DNA of 64,000 bases, from assembly GCF_027921745.1 (NCBI RefSeq), contig NC_079240.1, positions 496,001 through 560,000 of the forward strand. Direction: 5' to 3'. The notes under the pieces were generated by a model. The model was not told where the DNA came from. It was given only the letters and a program-made list of their open reading frames with translations, and ran no database searches. This document shows, in pieces, positions 37,205 to 51,079 of this stretch. Position numbers and translations under genes: made by a program. Position 1 is the stretch's first letter, and each line of letters begins with the position of its first letter. This DNA is from Schizosaccharomyces osmophilus. Taxonomy: Eukaryota.

Positions 37205-40200
37205 CTATACTTGCTCATTATGCAATTTGGCAGAAAGGCGTTTGTAAAGCTTTTTTGACACTTTTCTTTTGTTCTGCATTCGTCGGTAAAGCCTTGAAAT
37301 AGTATTTATCAAACCTCTAAAAATATACTGCTGGCCACTAGCAGCACAAACATAATAAATTATCGCACATAGTATAATAAGATTCTGAAAACCGTCCGAC
37401 ATAGGCGTCAGATAAAAAAGTTTCATAAAATAATTGTTTTCATCATGCAGCTTGGTTAAGTATACCGCAATTCCCAATAAGCCACAAATTGAGACAGTAA
37501 AAGACACATTCCTCCACATTCTTTGTCTATATGGAGGCCCAACAGTCAATACAAGCCCTATCAATATATACTGGAAACAAGAAAATATAAACAAACTCGT
37601 TACATCGCTATTAGCAATGCTTGATTTTTCAGATCCAGCGGCAGGAGGCGGTATGTACCAAGGCTGTTGGCGAACAAGTCTAAGAATTATATACTGAAAT
37701 GTGCAGATGAAAAAGATTTGCCCAATTAAGGGTGACAAAATCCGCTTTGAAACCAAATTCGCTGTAGGACGTTTCCGAGCGAGTCTATGATAAGGCTTAG
37801 ATCGTCCCATAAATAAGGCAATTGGTAAAATTATCGCCAAGTCAATGAATAAGAATTGAAAGTCACCTAAATTAGAATTTGTTGTATACAACATACTGAC
37901 AGTAAAAAATTGGATAGCAGAATATAAAGCCATATATTGGAAACAGCCAAAACTTGTCACCAAAGCGGCACGACCATCTTTAATGACATCGAGTACACAA
38001 GAAATTTCAAACCATCGGCTGGTAAAAGGAGCAGCCACAGAAGCTTCAGCTTCAGACAGTGAAATACCAACGTCAGCAGCCTTTAGGGCACCACAGTCAT
38101 TGGCACCATCACCGCAAAAACCAACACAGTAATCTACTTTTTGAAAGCATGAGACCAACTCATTCTTTTCAGAAGGAGACATTCTAGCATAAATTTGTGT
38201 TTTAAGTAATATGACGTTGAAAAGCTCTGCGGGAGCATAATCAACTAACCAGCGAAATACATCACCCGTTATAGCCATGTGATAAGACTTAAATCGTTTA
38301 AACTCACTTGATAATAAATTACGACTTGCTGAATCAACCACAGGATGAAGAGTTTGAGGATCCAAGTAAACATCGTTATCCTCAATTGACTGCCATATGA
38401 GTTTACGAGAGGCAGTATCTCCGATTAACTCTTCTTCCTCAAATCGCGGTACAAAGACCAAACCATCTTCTGGAAGCATACCACACCGTTTACCAACACA
38501 TATAGAGGTCAGTACATTATCGCCGGTACACATCACTGTTCTGATATTTGAATCTTCTAATTCATTGATAACCGGAACAGTGGTAGATTTCAGTTTGTTC
38601 TCAAAAACAATAAATCCGCAAAAGTCCAAATCAGATTCAACTTGTGTCCGTTTCATCCTTTGTGCTTTCGCCCATGTACAATTCTCCAAATGTTTGGATG
38701 CGCAAGCTATAACCCGAAAACCATTATGAGTATAGTAATCTAATACATCTTGGTAATTTCCAGGAAACGACTCAGGTTTGCATATAGAAGGCATAACTTC
38801 AGGGGCACCTTTTACATAAATGTCCATTTTTTTACATTGTCCATGTTTCACTATTACAGCCATACGGCGAAGCTGAGAAACAAATTCGAAAGTTCGGATT
38901 ATACCGAGTTCTAAATCGCTTTCGGAATAATTAATTGAGGGATCATTCCACGGAGGTGACACGGTAGGTGGTATTAGTTGCTGAGTTCTCATATAAGCGG
39001 CATCTTCAGATTGTTCAGAAGAAGCCAGCTTGTTTGTGAAATTATCTTCAGAATATGTCCAATCCGTAAACTCAAACATTTTCAAATCTAACGGATCTCC
39101 TAGTAGTTCGCCTTCCACACGACGAAGCATATGGCAAGTAGCCATCGTAAACAATAAATTAGAAGGGCTATCATTAGAAAGCAAATCTTTCGAACATAAT
39201 GTACTAGGATTAATTCGCAAATCAGTTAATTTAGAATCCTCAATAACGGAAACACCCATAATATCAAGTCCATCTTCTGTAAGGGTTCCAGTCTTATCAA
39301 AAGTAATGAGATCAAGCTTTCCGCTTACATTTACGCGCTGAGGACTAATGCAGAAAATTCCCTGCCTTCTTAACCTCGAGATTGCAAACGTGGTACCAAT
39401 GGTAAGAGTTGCAGGTAAGGCAGGAGGAACTACAATGGTGATAAGATCCAACGCACGAACAATTATAGTTCTAGCAGGAACACCTATGGTCAATAAATTG
39501 ATAGAGCTAAAGACAAATCCAACAAGAGCGATAATGAACATAGCAGTGATAAATCGAAAAGAATCGCGATAAAAGCCGAAGTTCGTTGGTTTTGGGAAAA
39601 TCATGGATCGCACTAAAGCACCTTTCGTGGTGTTGAAACCAGTACGAACAACCATAGCGAGAGAAGCGCCTTCTTCTTTCTCATTTACAAATGGTTTGCG
39701 CACTTGAATTATTTTTGTTCCTCCAAAAAGGAAGTGTTTTGAGAGTGAAGGAGGTATAATTCTAGAAAATGCGAAAAGATCTTTCATTCCTTGATCGGTA
39801 GCAGGAATTTTTGAAACGGGTATGGATTCACCAGTTAGCATACTTTCATTAACGATGCAGTCACCTGAAAGCAAAAGTGCATCAGCTGGAAACACCGTTA
39901 GTTCTGGATCCGAGATTTCAAAGACGTCGCCAACAACCAAGTCAGTTGATGGAATGCTAGCCCAAAAGCCATCGCGATAGACACGGACGGGACAAGTAAA
40001 CCTAGACATTTCTCGCATACGCTTCAAAGTCGTTCGAGTTTCGATTAAGCTTCCAATGATAGATACTACTGAAATAGTGAAAATGCAAATAGCATAGTAA
40101 TAATAAGCATCTAAAGACCAAAGGATGATGGAGAAAACTTGAAAAATATAGAATGGATGCAAAACCTCATCCAGCAAAAGCTGAATAACACCTTTAGTTT

Positions 40201-41158
40201 CTAAATCAATAATATTTTGACCGAATATTTTCGTGCGATCATTGATAGCATCACGTTCCAAACCTTCTTTAACAACGTTCGTATCACGGATCCACCGGGG
40301 ATCCTTCCAATCCTGTTGAATAAGGAATCTTTCTAATATAGGATGGAAAATAAACTTCATGTAGCGATAGTTTACATAACGAAAGTTTTCAACAAAAGGA
40401 TCATTATCGGTACCTTCCGGCGTAGCTACACGAATAGAGGCACCAAAAATAGATGAAAGAGAATTTTCATAAGGCTGAACCTGAATGTCATATTTCGAAA
40501 TCTCACTCCACTGAGTTTCGATAGTTAGCCATTCAGCAGTAGCAAGGGGTTCACGTTTACCAATAAACCGAATGTAATGCCTAGGAAGCCATCTCATTAC
40601 TAAATAAACAAGACCAAAGGTTAAGATACATAACATATTGTATATCCTAGCATGGAATTTGTTGGTCCTGTAACCAGCAATTCCAACCTCGAGGTCTTCT
40701 TCTATCAAATACATAATTTGGCAACAGCCATCTTCACTTAGTCCAGCGGCTTCTCCGGGAGATTCTCGTCGCAAGATTGGGTGAAAGTTAAGTTCTTCCA
40801 GCATCATCTCTGTGATCTCTTCTTCATCACTGTAAACTGCAGAACCATTATCACGATAGATATTGGGGTAATCTACGCTGCTAGCTGCTGCGATAGAATC
40901 TGTGTCATTATATCGACTCAAGTTGTATTCAGACTGCAAATAGTCCATGCTAAATTGACTTACACTAGCATCGGACGAACGTCGCTGTGTTTTGTGATGG
41001 AAACTAGAAATACTAGATGGGACACTTGTTCCTACACCAGGACCATCAAAAATACTGTCATGACTCATTAAAGAGCTCGCCAGGTATGTGTTCAGTGATT
41101 TTTTAGAACCCATTGAGGTAATTGAGTTCTTTCCCCGAATAGATCTAGGAGAAGTCAT
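37205..41158 (-). CDS. P5B-type ATPase (Ypk9/ATP13A2-like polyamine transporter)
   Basis: LTGES, PPALP (P5B-specific TM4), [27 protein letters not shown]. Confidence 0.94.
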   Translation of the reverse strand: MTSPRSIRGKNSITSMGSKKSLNTYLASSLMSHDSIFDGPGVGTSVPSSISSFHHKTQRRSSDASVSQFSMDYLQSEYNLSRYNDTDSIAAASSVDYPNIYRDNGSAVYSDEEEITEMMLEELNFHPILRRESPGEAAGLSEDGCCQIMYLIEEDLEVGIAGYRTNKFHARIYNMLCILTFGLVYLVMRWLPRHYIRFIGKREPLATAEWLTIETQWSEISKYDIQVQPYENSLSSIFGASIRVATPEGTDNDPFVENFRYVNYRYMKFIFHPILERFLIQQDWKDPRWIRDTNVVKEGLERDAINDRTKIFGQNIIDLETKGVIQLLLDEVLHPFYIFQVFSIILWSLDAYYYYAICIFTISVVSIIGSLIETRTTLKRMREMSRFTCPVRVYRDGFWASIPSTDLVVGDVFEISDPELTVFPADALLLSGDCIVNESMLTGESIPVSKIPATDQGMKDLFAFSRIIPPSLSKHFLFGGTKIIQVRKPFVNEKEEGASLAMVVRTGFNTTKGALVRSMIFPKPTNFGFYRDSFRFITAMFIIALVGFVFSSINLLTIGVPARTIIVRALDLITIVVPPALPATLTIGTTFAISRLRRQGIFCISPQRVNVSGKLDLITFDKTGTLTEDGLDIMGVSVIEDSKLTDLRINPSTLCSKDLLSNDSPSNLLFTMATCHMLRRVEGELLGDPLDLKMFEFTDWTYSEDNFTNKLASSEQSEDAAYMRTQQLIPPTVSPPWNDPSINYSESDLELGIIRTFEFVSQLRRMAVIVKHGQCKKMDIYVKGAPEVMPSICKPESFPGNYQDVLDYYTHNGFRVIACASKHLENCTWAKAQRMKRTQVESDLDFCGFIVFENKLKSTTVPVINELEDSNIRTVMCTGDNVLTSICVGKRCGMLPEDGLVFVPRFEEEELIGDTASRKLIWQSIEDNDVYLDPQTLHPVVDSASRNLLSSEFKRFKSYHMAITGDVFRWLVDYAPAELFNVILLKTQIYARMSPSEKNELVSCFQKVDYCVGFCGDGANDCGALKAADVGISLSEAEASVAAPFTSRWFEISCVLDVIKDGRAALVTSFGCFQYMALYSAIQFFTVSMLYTTNSNLGDFQFLFIDLAIILPIALFMGRSKPYHRLARKRPTANLVSKRILSPLIGQIFFICTFQYIILRLVRQQPWYIPPPAAGSEKSSIANSDVTSLFIFSCFQYILIGLVLTVGPPYRQRMWRNVSFTVSICGLLGIAVYLTKLHDENNYFMKLFYLTPMSDGFQNLIILCAIIYYVCAASGQQYIFRGLINTISRLYRRMQNKRKVSKKLYKRLSAKLHNEQV

Positions 41159-42076
41159 TTTCGGATACCTTTACGATCTCTTTTTACCCCAATTGCAATC
41201 AATCCTTTCGACCTTTAAAAATTCACAGATTGCTGAACGTGAGGAATTTAGAACAAGTTTATAAGAAAAGCATCGTTAGTGAGTAAACGTTTGTAATATA
41301 CGCGTTTGCATAATATTTATACTTTTATATAAGATTTTATTATATAAGTTGAGAAACCATACTAGAACTTGGGTTTTTACGTAATTTGCAGAAAAGAATT
41401 TACTTATCAATTTTAAAAACTCCAAGCTCATTTAGATATTGTTTAGAATTGAAAGCAATTCGTTTAGCTAGATTAGTATTACACTACGGGAGATATTACT
41501 AGTCTGTTACTTCAAAAAGCCAAAGAAATTGTGCTTCCCTAGCGTCACTCGGTTCTTTACGTTTCATAGCTGGTACAAAGTAAGTACTTATAATTGATGG
41601 AATCATCTATAAATTTTTTTAGAATCTCGCTACTATTTAAAAAGGGCTTCTCTTTTGCCCAAGTGCTTCAAGGAGTATATTAGAGGAGTAACACATCCTA
41701 AACAGTATTATATACACTCTTAAAGCCACAATACGCTACCAAGCGATTAATTTGAAGCATAATGGTTACGATTAGAAAATAATATCATCAGCGATAGAAT
41801 AGAAGTACTAGCAGCTTATGGCCCGATAACAAAACAATAAATTCTTTATAACGAAACCACTAGCAGAGGACATCGAGTTACCAGGGTTTTGAACATTCAT
41901 AAATAAACGGCCAGACGTATAAAAAGATTCCATTTGCTTTTTGATTTGAATCAATTCTGAATTTGTATAGCGATCATGTAGACGAGCATATAAAACGTTT
42001 CTATTTTTGGTATGCAAAAAGCTTTCCTAGTAGCCGTAAACTTCTATAAGGAAAAAATATCCCTACATAGTTTGCT

Positions 42077-43339
42077 TTACTCCAAGTCAATAGCATTTCC
42101 CCCTCCTGAAGGATTGGTAAACAAGGAACTCATGAGGTTTGACAAGATATTGGGTTGGGGGTTGACAGGACGAATACCAAAATAAACGTCCTCGACTTTA
42201 GCGAGAGCCTATAAACTTGTTAACAATATTTCATCCAAAGTTGAAGGTTCTAAATAAGCCTTACCGACTCCCATTCGGGTTTCTTTGGGTATTTTTGCAA
42301 AAGCGAAATATATGTTTCCTTGTCCTTTCGATAAGCAGCAAGGACAAGCAAATGTAAGTAGTTGAGGTAAGGATAAGAGTTATAAGCTGGAATCCGGATT
42401 CCATCAATGGTGAAAGTCTCGTCCGGTGATTGTCCGGATCGTTCGAACAACTGCATGAACTTAGTTAAACATTGAAGGGCATCAGCTGGACTTCCGACCA
42501 AAAGATACTTGAGAACAGCACGTCCGATAAATAAAGCAGGGTCTTCGTGTTTTGAAGCATGAGCCCAATTAAACAGCATTTGAGCATAAAAAGCAGGACA
42601 TTTTTCATTTCCCAAGACTAGGTGTCGCTCGGCGGAAACTGGATCTCCCCCTGCCAACATATTAGTTTAAACACATAGAGAAAGCTAGTAGCAAGGAAAA
42701 CTCACATTTCGCAAACATGATACCGACTGATGCATGGACATCACGATCGCCCTGAGGACCAGTACAATTTGTCCACCTAAGATTTTGTTAATACCTATAT
42801 TACTCGGGTTTATTTGAACGAAAGGGGTGTAAACGCCTTTCTACAGTTTCAGTCGACGTACTCAAGAAGTTTCTTGACATATTGCTTTTTGCTTCCCTCT
42901 TCGGATGGAAAACTTCCAAGAAGAGCTAAAGCTTTTGCTAACGCACTTGGTTAGATGCCGTATTCGTACTATGTAATTGTTCAGAAATTCAAACCTTTGT
43001 TGTCCATTGACACAGAACTCGATGCCTTCATGAAAACATCCATCAAATAAATTGATAAATCTCCGGCACTTCCACTCTGCTCGAGTTCGAATAGAGTCTT
43101 TGCACCAGAGTATAGTAAAGCAATTGAGTCATCGTATTTCTTAGACATAACCTGTCTAAAAAAGGGTTAATATTAGCTCACGAAAAGCTCAAGGAGACAA
43201 CATACCGATTTACTAAAGTACGAATCATTTGATGACCTTCATAAGGGTCTTCCCGTAATCTATATTGAGTTAACTTTCATGTCTCTGGTTTCTTTTTAGA
43301 AACAAACCTTGCTTCTGCTCTTTTAATTTTTGATTCCAT
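42077..43339 (-). CDS. get4: GET pathway protein Get4, about 7 exons
   Basis: MESKIKRAEAR|LREDPYEGHQMIRTLVNR..., AERHLVLG, NYLHLLVLAA, ...DVYFGIRP...NLMSSLF...DLE*. Six minus-strand introns read by eye. Confidence 0.88.
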
Positions 43340-43508
43340 GACGCTCATAATTATTCAAAATAAAGAAAAAGACCTTAGGTAGCTGGTTTGAGAATTCGTT
43401 TGTTGTAGAAGGTTTGTCCTCAACGACTTCGTATTACTGGAGATCATTTCACAATAAATCCAAGAAGTCTTGAAAGCCCTGATAATTATTCATCATCAAT
43501 GTATAAAA

Positions 43509-46174
43509 ATGGACTTTGATTGTTTGGAATTTGTAAATAAGGTATACGTTTCAATGCAGTGCTGTTTTTGCTAATAAACGTAGATTGCTACAATAGAATC
43601 AAATGGAGACACTTTGGATCATTTACCACGTCTGATAACTTTGGCGTGTCAAAAAAATCAAGAACAGCAAGTGTATCAAAGACTCAATGAACTAGGCAAC
43701 AAGAATGCGATCCGTGTCGAACAGCTATGCGCCGAAAATAATCAGGTATAGCTATCACTCTCTAGGTAATGACTCTAACAGTATTTATAGGATTTTAGTA
43801 AATCTGTTTATCAGTTATCCGTAGTGAGAAATGAACTTCATAGTTTGCGTTCTCATATTGCAGACCTTAATACTGATATTCAAGCCAGCGGTAAGGATTT
43901 AAAAAATATGGTAAGTATGGCATCTACGTAATGAACTAGAAGAATATGCTATTGTCAATTCAATTCAATTTAGCGAATATGCTGTTTGCTAACAGGCATC
44001 AGAAACAACAATTGAATTCGTTAAAGGATTCTGAACGCCGACTCTTTTTATATCAGGACCTGACTCAGAGCTGTCTTCAAATATTCTACAAGTTGAAAGA
44101 TGCTCAAGAGTTGTTGTCCAAAAAGCAATATTTATCATCTTTGAGGATATGCTCCGAAGTTCAAAAGATATATTTAAAACGGATTGAAGGACTTACAATA
44201 CACACTCTCGTTCAACAAATGATTTCTAAAATGCAAAATTCCGTTTGTTCTTCGGCATTAGAGGATCTTCATGAATGGCTTTTTGCTTTAAGAAAAAAGT
44301 TACCACTTGTAGGAGAAATCTGCTTTAAAGAAATTGATGAGGCTCGAAGGAGATGGGCAAAAAATTACCGGGAAGATTTGATCAATCTTACTACGAGAAC
44401 CCCTTTCTCGCTGGATTTAGCAATTCTGGAATATGTGGATTGTAAGTACTATTTTCCTAGTGTCTTGTCTAATTTGTAATCAGTTGATCCTCTCGACAAT
44501 GATTTAGTAAAGGTTGACTTCAATTCCCTTTATGTTTGTGTACAGGTTCACTCGTACCTAGGCATTTTAAGCTCATTTCAGGCGTCATTCGAGAAGGATC
44601 GCAAACGCCAACAAGAATTCTTAGCTCCAAAAAGTTTGGAGTCTATCAATTTGGAAGTTATTGGTGAGTGGTTGAAATCAGTTGCCGGATATATGATAGT
44701 CGAATACTATATTCTGCAGGAAATTCCCAATTTTCGGTCTTACGAAGAAGTACAAAATATATGGGCTATTATCTGTGATAAATTAATCGAAAGCATATTA
44801 CGAGTGGCATTTTCAGAACAAAGTACAACAGCAATTATAAAGATGAAAAACAATATTGTCTTATTAATGCACACGATGGAACGTTTTGGTTTTGCTACAC
44901 AAAGTTTGCATAGCCTTTCGGTGGAATTGATAGACGCTTTCGGAGGAGCACTGATGTTTAAGCACCTTGCGTCTTTTGAGGAAGCCTTTGAGACAGATTT
45001 ATACGCTCCAATGGTAATTAATAACGAAAAAGAGTATGATGAGCTGATTGCTCCTTACTGGACATTACCACCTGCCCCTTTACCTCGTATGGTAGAATTT
45101 TCCAAGATGTGCTCTCTATGTTGTATAACACTTTCAAAATTTACTCGACACTTTTTTATGTTTTCCAATGATTCTATAACGCTAGCGTTAGATGTTCAAG
45201 AAAAGATCCCAAGGGTAAGATGAATACCAATACTCCGTGCTAACGAGTATGACAAGTTTTACAGAAGATTTATTTTGCACAGTTTGCTTGAAAAACTGAA
45301 GCATCTTTATCCAAAACTAAATTTATCACAGATGGCTCAGTTGGTAAAAAATTTCTACGCTTTTGAGGAACCGTTGTTGCAAATGGAGAAGACTTTAATA
45401 ATCAGTAAATCTACTTCGCATGCTGGGAATGAAAATGTCAATGTAAACATCAAGTCTTCCGATATATTGGAAGGTTTAGCAAACGCACGCAAATCTGCCT
45501 TACACGAAATTTTCGTTAAAATTAATCATAAGATTGATGACTTTATCGGTTTGGCAGAATACGATTGGTATGTTTTGAATCTTTGTAACGACTTTAGATA
45601 GATTACTAATGAATTATTAGGTCCACTACAGTGGCTCGTACTGCTCCAAGTGGATTTTTGCAGGAAATGGTTCCGTACCTACAAACTATTTACCTCGATT
45701 CACTAGCAGGTCTTCCTAACCATGACAAATCTTACGTGTATTTAGAAACGTTAGACCACTTGTGTACTGCAATGATTGATTTACTCTCAAACCCTGCGAT
45801 TCGTAGAGTCTCAAGTGCAGCAGCAGAAGGATTCAAAGTTGATGTCGAATATTTGGAAAGCTTCGCTTCCCAGGTACCGGATCAAAGTATTGTGAATGCA
45901 GATAGCTTTATTGAGCTAAGGCAATGTGCCAACTTACTGTTGGGAGATAATATTGAAGATTATATGGATACTGACAAGTTCAATCGTGACTTCAATCGTT
46001 TGCATCCATCGACTTCCGTGAAGTTATTAGAGAGGTATTTAAAGTTTATGAAGTTTATGCTAACCAATGTTTAGACTCATTAGCGGTTATTCTGCCAACC
46101 CTTTAAGTAATGACCGCCCAAAGCGTCGCGCTATAGAGAACTTGCTTACTGTGTTTCGACGAAAAACAAATTGA
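43509..46174 (+). CDS. sec15: Exocyst subunit Sec15, about 8 exons
   Basis: Spliced helical-rod protein with KIDDFIGLAEYDW, EWLFALRK and FIELRQCANLL segments typical of Sec15. Seven GT-AG introns; position fits synteny. Confidence 0.85.
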
Positions 46175-46354
46175 TTTCCATTTTAACTCGTTTCCTGAAT
46201 GGATACTATTACGTTTACAATTACCCTTAGGATATATTCATGAGCTTATGATACCATAGATATTACAATGAATTAGTTTGTTAAACAATTTTCTCCAGTT
46301 GTACATAAATTTCATGCTAGAGTTGTGCAAAGGGTGAAATAAAAAACAACATAA

Positions 46355-46389
46355 TTTTTTTTTTTTTTCTTTTCTTTTTTTTTTTTTTT
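46355..46389. repeat. Interrupted poly(dT) tract upstream of the GST-like gene
   Basis: About 35 nt of T with two C interruptions. Confidence 0.85.
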
Positions 46390-46511
46390 CAAACGCATGA
46401 CCGTATTAGACCTAGCGGCTTACTTATTGAAATACAGATTTGAAGTCGTCTTAAACTCACACTCCTAGTATCCACTACATACATAACAGATCTTTTGGTG
46501 AGGAAAAAAGA

Positions 46512-47476
46512 ATGTCTTTAGGAACTCTATACAGTTTTAAAGATAATACTAGAACTGTTTGCTTGCTTGAATTAGCTAAACATTTGAATTTGCAAATTGA
46601 CCTTGTTGAGACTTATCCTCACAAGTTCCCTGCCGAGTTGGCTGCCAAATTTCCTCTACAAAAGGTAAGAAAAGACGAGAAGAAGGAGAGATGTTGTTAT
46701 CAAATTGTTAAAATGAACTCGTCCAGTGGCTATAATCAATGTTCTGTGTTCCGTTCATCTTGAAAGATTCTGTTTTGTATCAGATACAATTTCATGAAAT
46801 ATTAAGTTTACAAAATCATCAATTATCTTATATTGATTTACGTGACAGTGAGAATGTATTCATTGATTACCTGTCGGGTTCCTTATGTTGCACGAGATAC
46901 TGCTTTTCTCCCTTTCATTTATTTGCTGCTTTTTTTACTTATTTTTTATTTTGCTAACGCTTGCAGCTTCCCGTATTTATTGGTTCCAATGGTGTAGAAT
47001 TGAGTGAACTATTTGCCGTTCTAAGATACTTTTATGAAAAGGGCAAGCAAAATGACGCCGAGCTACTTGGCGCGAAGAATGCAAAGGAAGATGCCGAAAT
47101 TTGGCAATGGATTGCATATGTGAATACTGATGTTGTAATTCCCTCCGTCATTCGTCCCTGGTTGGGCATGTGTCGAGGTGCAACTCCTTACGAAGAAAAG
47201 CCTTTCAAGGAATCTAGCGCAAAGGCTTTGGGTGTTTTGAAGAAGTTTAATGATATGTTAGTCGACCGTACCTTTTTGGTTGGTAATCGCTTTACCCTTG
47301 CCGATTTGGTTGCTGGCAGTATGTTACGCCTTTTCTATCGCTTCATCGTTGACCCTGAGCAACGTTCCAAGCTCCCTCATTTGACCAGATACTACGTTAC
47401 CATGTTCCATTTGGGTAACTTATCTGAAATCATTCCCTTGGAATTGATTCCTTCTGTCGTTGTTGCAAAGAACTAG
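46512..47476 (+). CDS. Glutathione S-transferase / eEF1B-gamma N-terminal-like protein; exons 46512-46664 and 46967-47476
   Basis: KFPLQK|LPVFIGSNGVELSE (GST-N) and TFLVGNRFTLADL (GST-C N-capping box). Intron GTAAGA...TGCTAAC...CAG of 302 nt. Confidence 0.88.
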
Positions 47477-47666
47477 ACACAATTGTACAGAAGCAATGAT
47501 TTAAATAATTTAAATCGTTTATTAAATCAAAATGTTCTTTTGTTAATTACTATATAAGTTTTCAGTAAGAAGGATAGCACACTATTTGTTTTACAGTCCG
47601 AGACTTTTGTGCAATCATTAATCGTAAAGCTTCGTTTCTAACGAAGCAACTAAACTCTTGTTTATT

Positions 47667-48423
47667 TTAATAATCATCAGCGTGCTTAAATTCAATGTTT
47701 TTGGAAAACGCATTTCCAATTTCTTTTGCCAAAATATCACACATGGTACTATCGTCCCTCGTGGACTTCCAAGCTTTTTTATTTGAAGACCATTCGTAGT
47801 GCTTAGGGCCACTATAGACGTTAGTTATTAGAGATCAAAAGCAATACAAGATATGTTTATGAATAAATGTCCCGCCGAAGGCTTGTGATTTACTAGTCTC
47901 CAAAAAAACTAAAAATACACAAAAAAACTTGCAGCCGAAAGTGCAATCTACACAGTATCTCTTTGGCAGCATGAAACCTCCACAATTCATCTTTCGGATT
48001 GAGACCTTTGTAATGAAGTTTGACTTACCTAAGTGGCGATGAGAGCCAGACTTGATGTGCTGGCGGCTGTTTATTAATAACATAAGTTCCGTGATCTCCA
48101 AGATTCAGAGTTAAAACACCACTCTAAGATTCAGTTAGCGCCATAGTTCCTTCTCTAAAGAATAAAAAATAAGTAGTACTTACCGAATATTCAATGTCAT
48201 AATCTCTTCTTCCAGATTCCTCTAATAAATCTTCGAAGGTATTATTAAAAACTTCTAGCGTGTCATCAGCAATTCGATGGTATTCCAAGTCGGACAAAGG
48301 TTTAGTGGGATTTACAGTTGACAAGAATCTTAGACAAGGGTTCCATCCAGTAGGTGGGCGATAGAAAAGTCTCTGAGAATTTAAAAAAGCCTTTTGAAAC
48401 AGAATTCCTCGTAAAGATTGCAT
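47667..48423 (-). CDS. fxn1: Frataxin; exons 48423-48184, 48123-48029, 47811-47667
   Basis: Basic presequence, [47 protein letters not shown]. Confidence 0.93.
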
Positions 48424-48688
48424 AGACACAAAAATGTTGAACAAGTTGCAAAAACACTCAATTTCTGGCCAGAAAAGCAGCAATACAAAAGATAGCACAG
48501 GGTAAAAAAAAAAAAAACCTAAATCTTATAAAACAAAGAAATAAGCAACCTGAATGGCGATATTCGGGAATGAAGAATTGGTAGGATTCTACGTTTATGT
48601 AACAGTTGGCAGTAATGTTTAAAGGTTAGGAAGAGTTCCACCCTCAAAGGATATGCAAACCTTTATTTACACCTTTAAATCTTTTTCC

Positions 48689-48716
48689 TTTTTTTTTTTT
48701 TTTTTTTTTTTTTTTT
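48689..48716. repeat. Poly(dT) homopolymer (about 28 nt) in an AT-rich intergenic region
   Basis: Uninterrupted T run between fxn1 and pet127. Confidence 0.9.
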
Positions 48717-49168
48717 CCTTATTAATGAAAGAAAAGAATAAAAGTGTTATGTAGTTCAACGAAACCTTACTTTCAGCTTTTTGTGTAATTCAAATTGAGT
48801 AAAATGAGCGGTACTATTTTACCAAGACTTAACAGGAAAGAATACCAACAATTAAATTAATTAAATTTTTCATGTATACTCTACTAATATTGTATAGTAA
48901 TGCTTTGGTGTATTGAACAATACATCCAGTCTAGAGTGTAAACCAAGAAATCTTTAAACGAAACCAAAAATTCTTTCCTTTCTCTAAAAAAAGATAAAAC
49001 AAAATAATTTAAGTGAAACAAAAGTGAAGTGAAACAAAAGTGAACCAACCGATCAGAATTCCGAATCAAACTTGAGGATGAGTTCGAAAGCATTAAATTA
49101 TGATTTAAAGGAGAGGGGATAATTAAGAGTGTAAGATTGCTTTTCGGGAATTATAAAATTGAGCCTTT

Positions 49169-50805
49169 TTATTCTGACTCCATAGAATTGGTATTCTTTG
49201 GTTTTGGCTTTCTATAATACCAGTTTAGCAGCCGATATGGGACAAATTTGGGCTTCGTTTCGTCCTTCATCAATTTGTACCTTAACATCAAATATTCCTG
49301 ATACATGGCTCTTTGATTGATGAAAGGATATATTTTGTATTTAATAGTCCATCTGTCAGTGTCACGCAGTTTCCGAATGAAGAACCTTCTTTGCCCGTTA
49401 ACGAAATTGGTGAATCGAATCTGAAAGGCGTAAAACCGATCAGAACAATACACAGGCTCAGATAAATTCGCTCTTTGAAGCTTGGCGGGGTCAAACTTTT
49501 TATTCTCCTTGTCAGAAACTACTTCTACAAAGACCTGAAGAGCTGGATCCTTTGTCTTTACTTGCGTAGAAAACATTAACCGGACGGATTGTTTGGGAAA
49601 TTTAGAAGAAACGTATCGTAAAATAGATTCAAGGAGTTGAATACTAAGCTTGAATTCCGCATCGCCAACATTCTTTCCCCAGTGAATTGCCTTGTCCATT
49701 TCTTTTAAACTAACATATTGGAATCCAAAAATCTGACACGTGTTATGATATGCAACAAAGACACCTTCCATGCGGCCTAATCGAGCCTGTAAGCTGTACT
49801 TCAAAAACGCCGACCTAATCATATCATAATATTCTCGTTCATAAGAAACAAAATTTCCGTAATATTTTTCAAGAGTGTAAGAATTGTAGTTCTCGGGTTC
49901 AGCTTGATTTAGACGTACTCCAAGCACAGCTCTTGTTTTTAAGTCAAAGACACCGGAATTCGGTAAAGTCTTATCAATGCAATCCAACTGAGATCGAATG
50001 AGGAGGCTCCGACATTTGCTATATTGAAAAACATCAATTTGAGGTTTTGGCTTCTCTGATAAATTCTCACTTTTCAGATAACGACCGTATTCTTCTCTTC
50101 GTAGAGTAAAAAAAGCTTCTAAAGATTTTCCTAAATTCATCAGAATCGTATTCTTTCTTTCTTGTGATGTTAAGCTATGATCTTTGTCAATACAATACAG
50201 GCCGTTTTGAAAGGATAGATGTACGGAAGTAGGTGAACGACACAAACGAGTATAGTGTTTTTCGTTCCTAGCTACAAGAAACTTTTTTGATAGTCCTAGA
50301 AAGCTAGGTGGTTTCCACTTGCTAATGAAAAAATGAATTTGTGAGAGTAAACCAGTCAAAGAGCTCGTTGACCCAGCGAACTTTGAGTTAGTTTTATAGC
50401 CAGTTTTCTTTAGTTCTTTATCTTCTGAAGGTGGATGAAACTTGCCAAGGAGGCTAAAATTAAACTCATCAACCGGCGTCACCCTCGACAAATATTCATC
50501 CCAGTTAAATTTCTGGGTAGTAGGGTTCTTCAGAAACTTGAACCGATTGTCGTTCAGCACTGTATTCAATTCATGTTGCAATTTATTCACTTCGTCTTGC
50601 TTGACCCTATTTACTTCTATACTTGTTAGTAAAGAATCATGTTGAGTCTCTTAATCATACTTGGGAATTTTTCTGAATGAGAATCGATTATTCCGGATCG
50701 AAGGCTATTCGAATAAACATTTCTTTTGGGTATGTATGAACTTGAAGACTTGGCACCACACAATGATAATGGCCGCAAGTTTGTTCGTTCAATCAATAGC
50801 AACAT
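49169..50805 (-). CDS. pet127: Mitochondrial RNA 5'-processing exonuclease Pet127; exons 50805-50661 and 50616-49169
   Basis: FAGSTSSLT, RSQLDC, VFDLKTRAV, EREYYDMIRSAFLKYSLQARLGRMEGVFVAYHN motifs. Exon 1 is inferred from a GTATGA...TACTAAC...TAG intron. Confidence 0.9.
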
Positions 50806-51079
50806 TCCATCAGTTTTAACTTCTTATTAACCTAATTCTTTTTATGGAAAAAGGAATAATTTTTTTTTTTTAGTTTAAAGGGTTCTTACTTGGCGTCCAT
50901 ACCCTTATATTAAACAATGGTTTATCGCTTGGTGTATGTTAAGATACAAGCTTATGGCAAAAGGAAAAGCTAGAACACAAGTAAATGTAATCGTAAAATA
51001 TCATTCAGGCATTCAAGAACATAAATAATAAATAAAGGTTTTTTAATAATTTAAAAGTGAATACTGATTGTTGGATTCC

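Noticed and set aside
41300..41305. ACGCGT (MCB-like) upstream of the P5B ATPase
   Set aside because: Single hexamer, and the gene has no obvious G1/S link.
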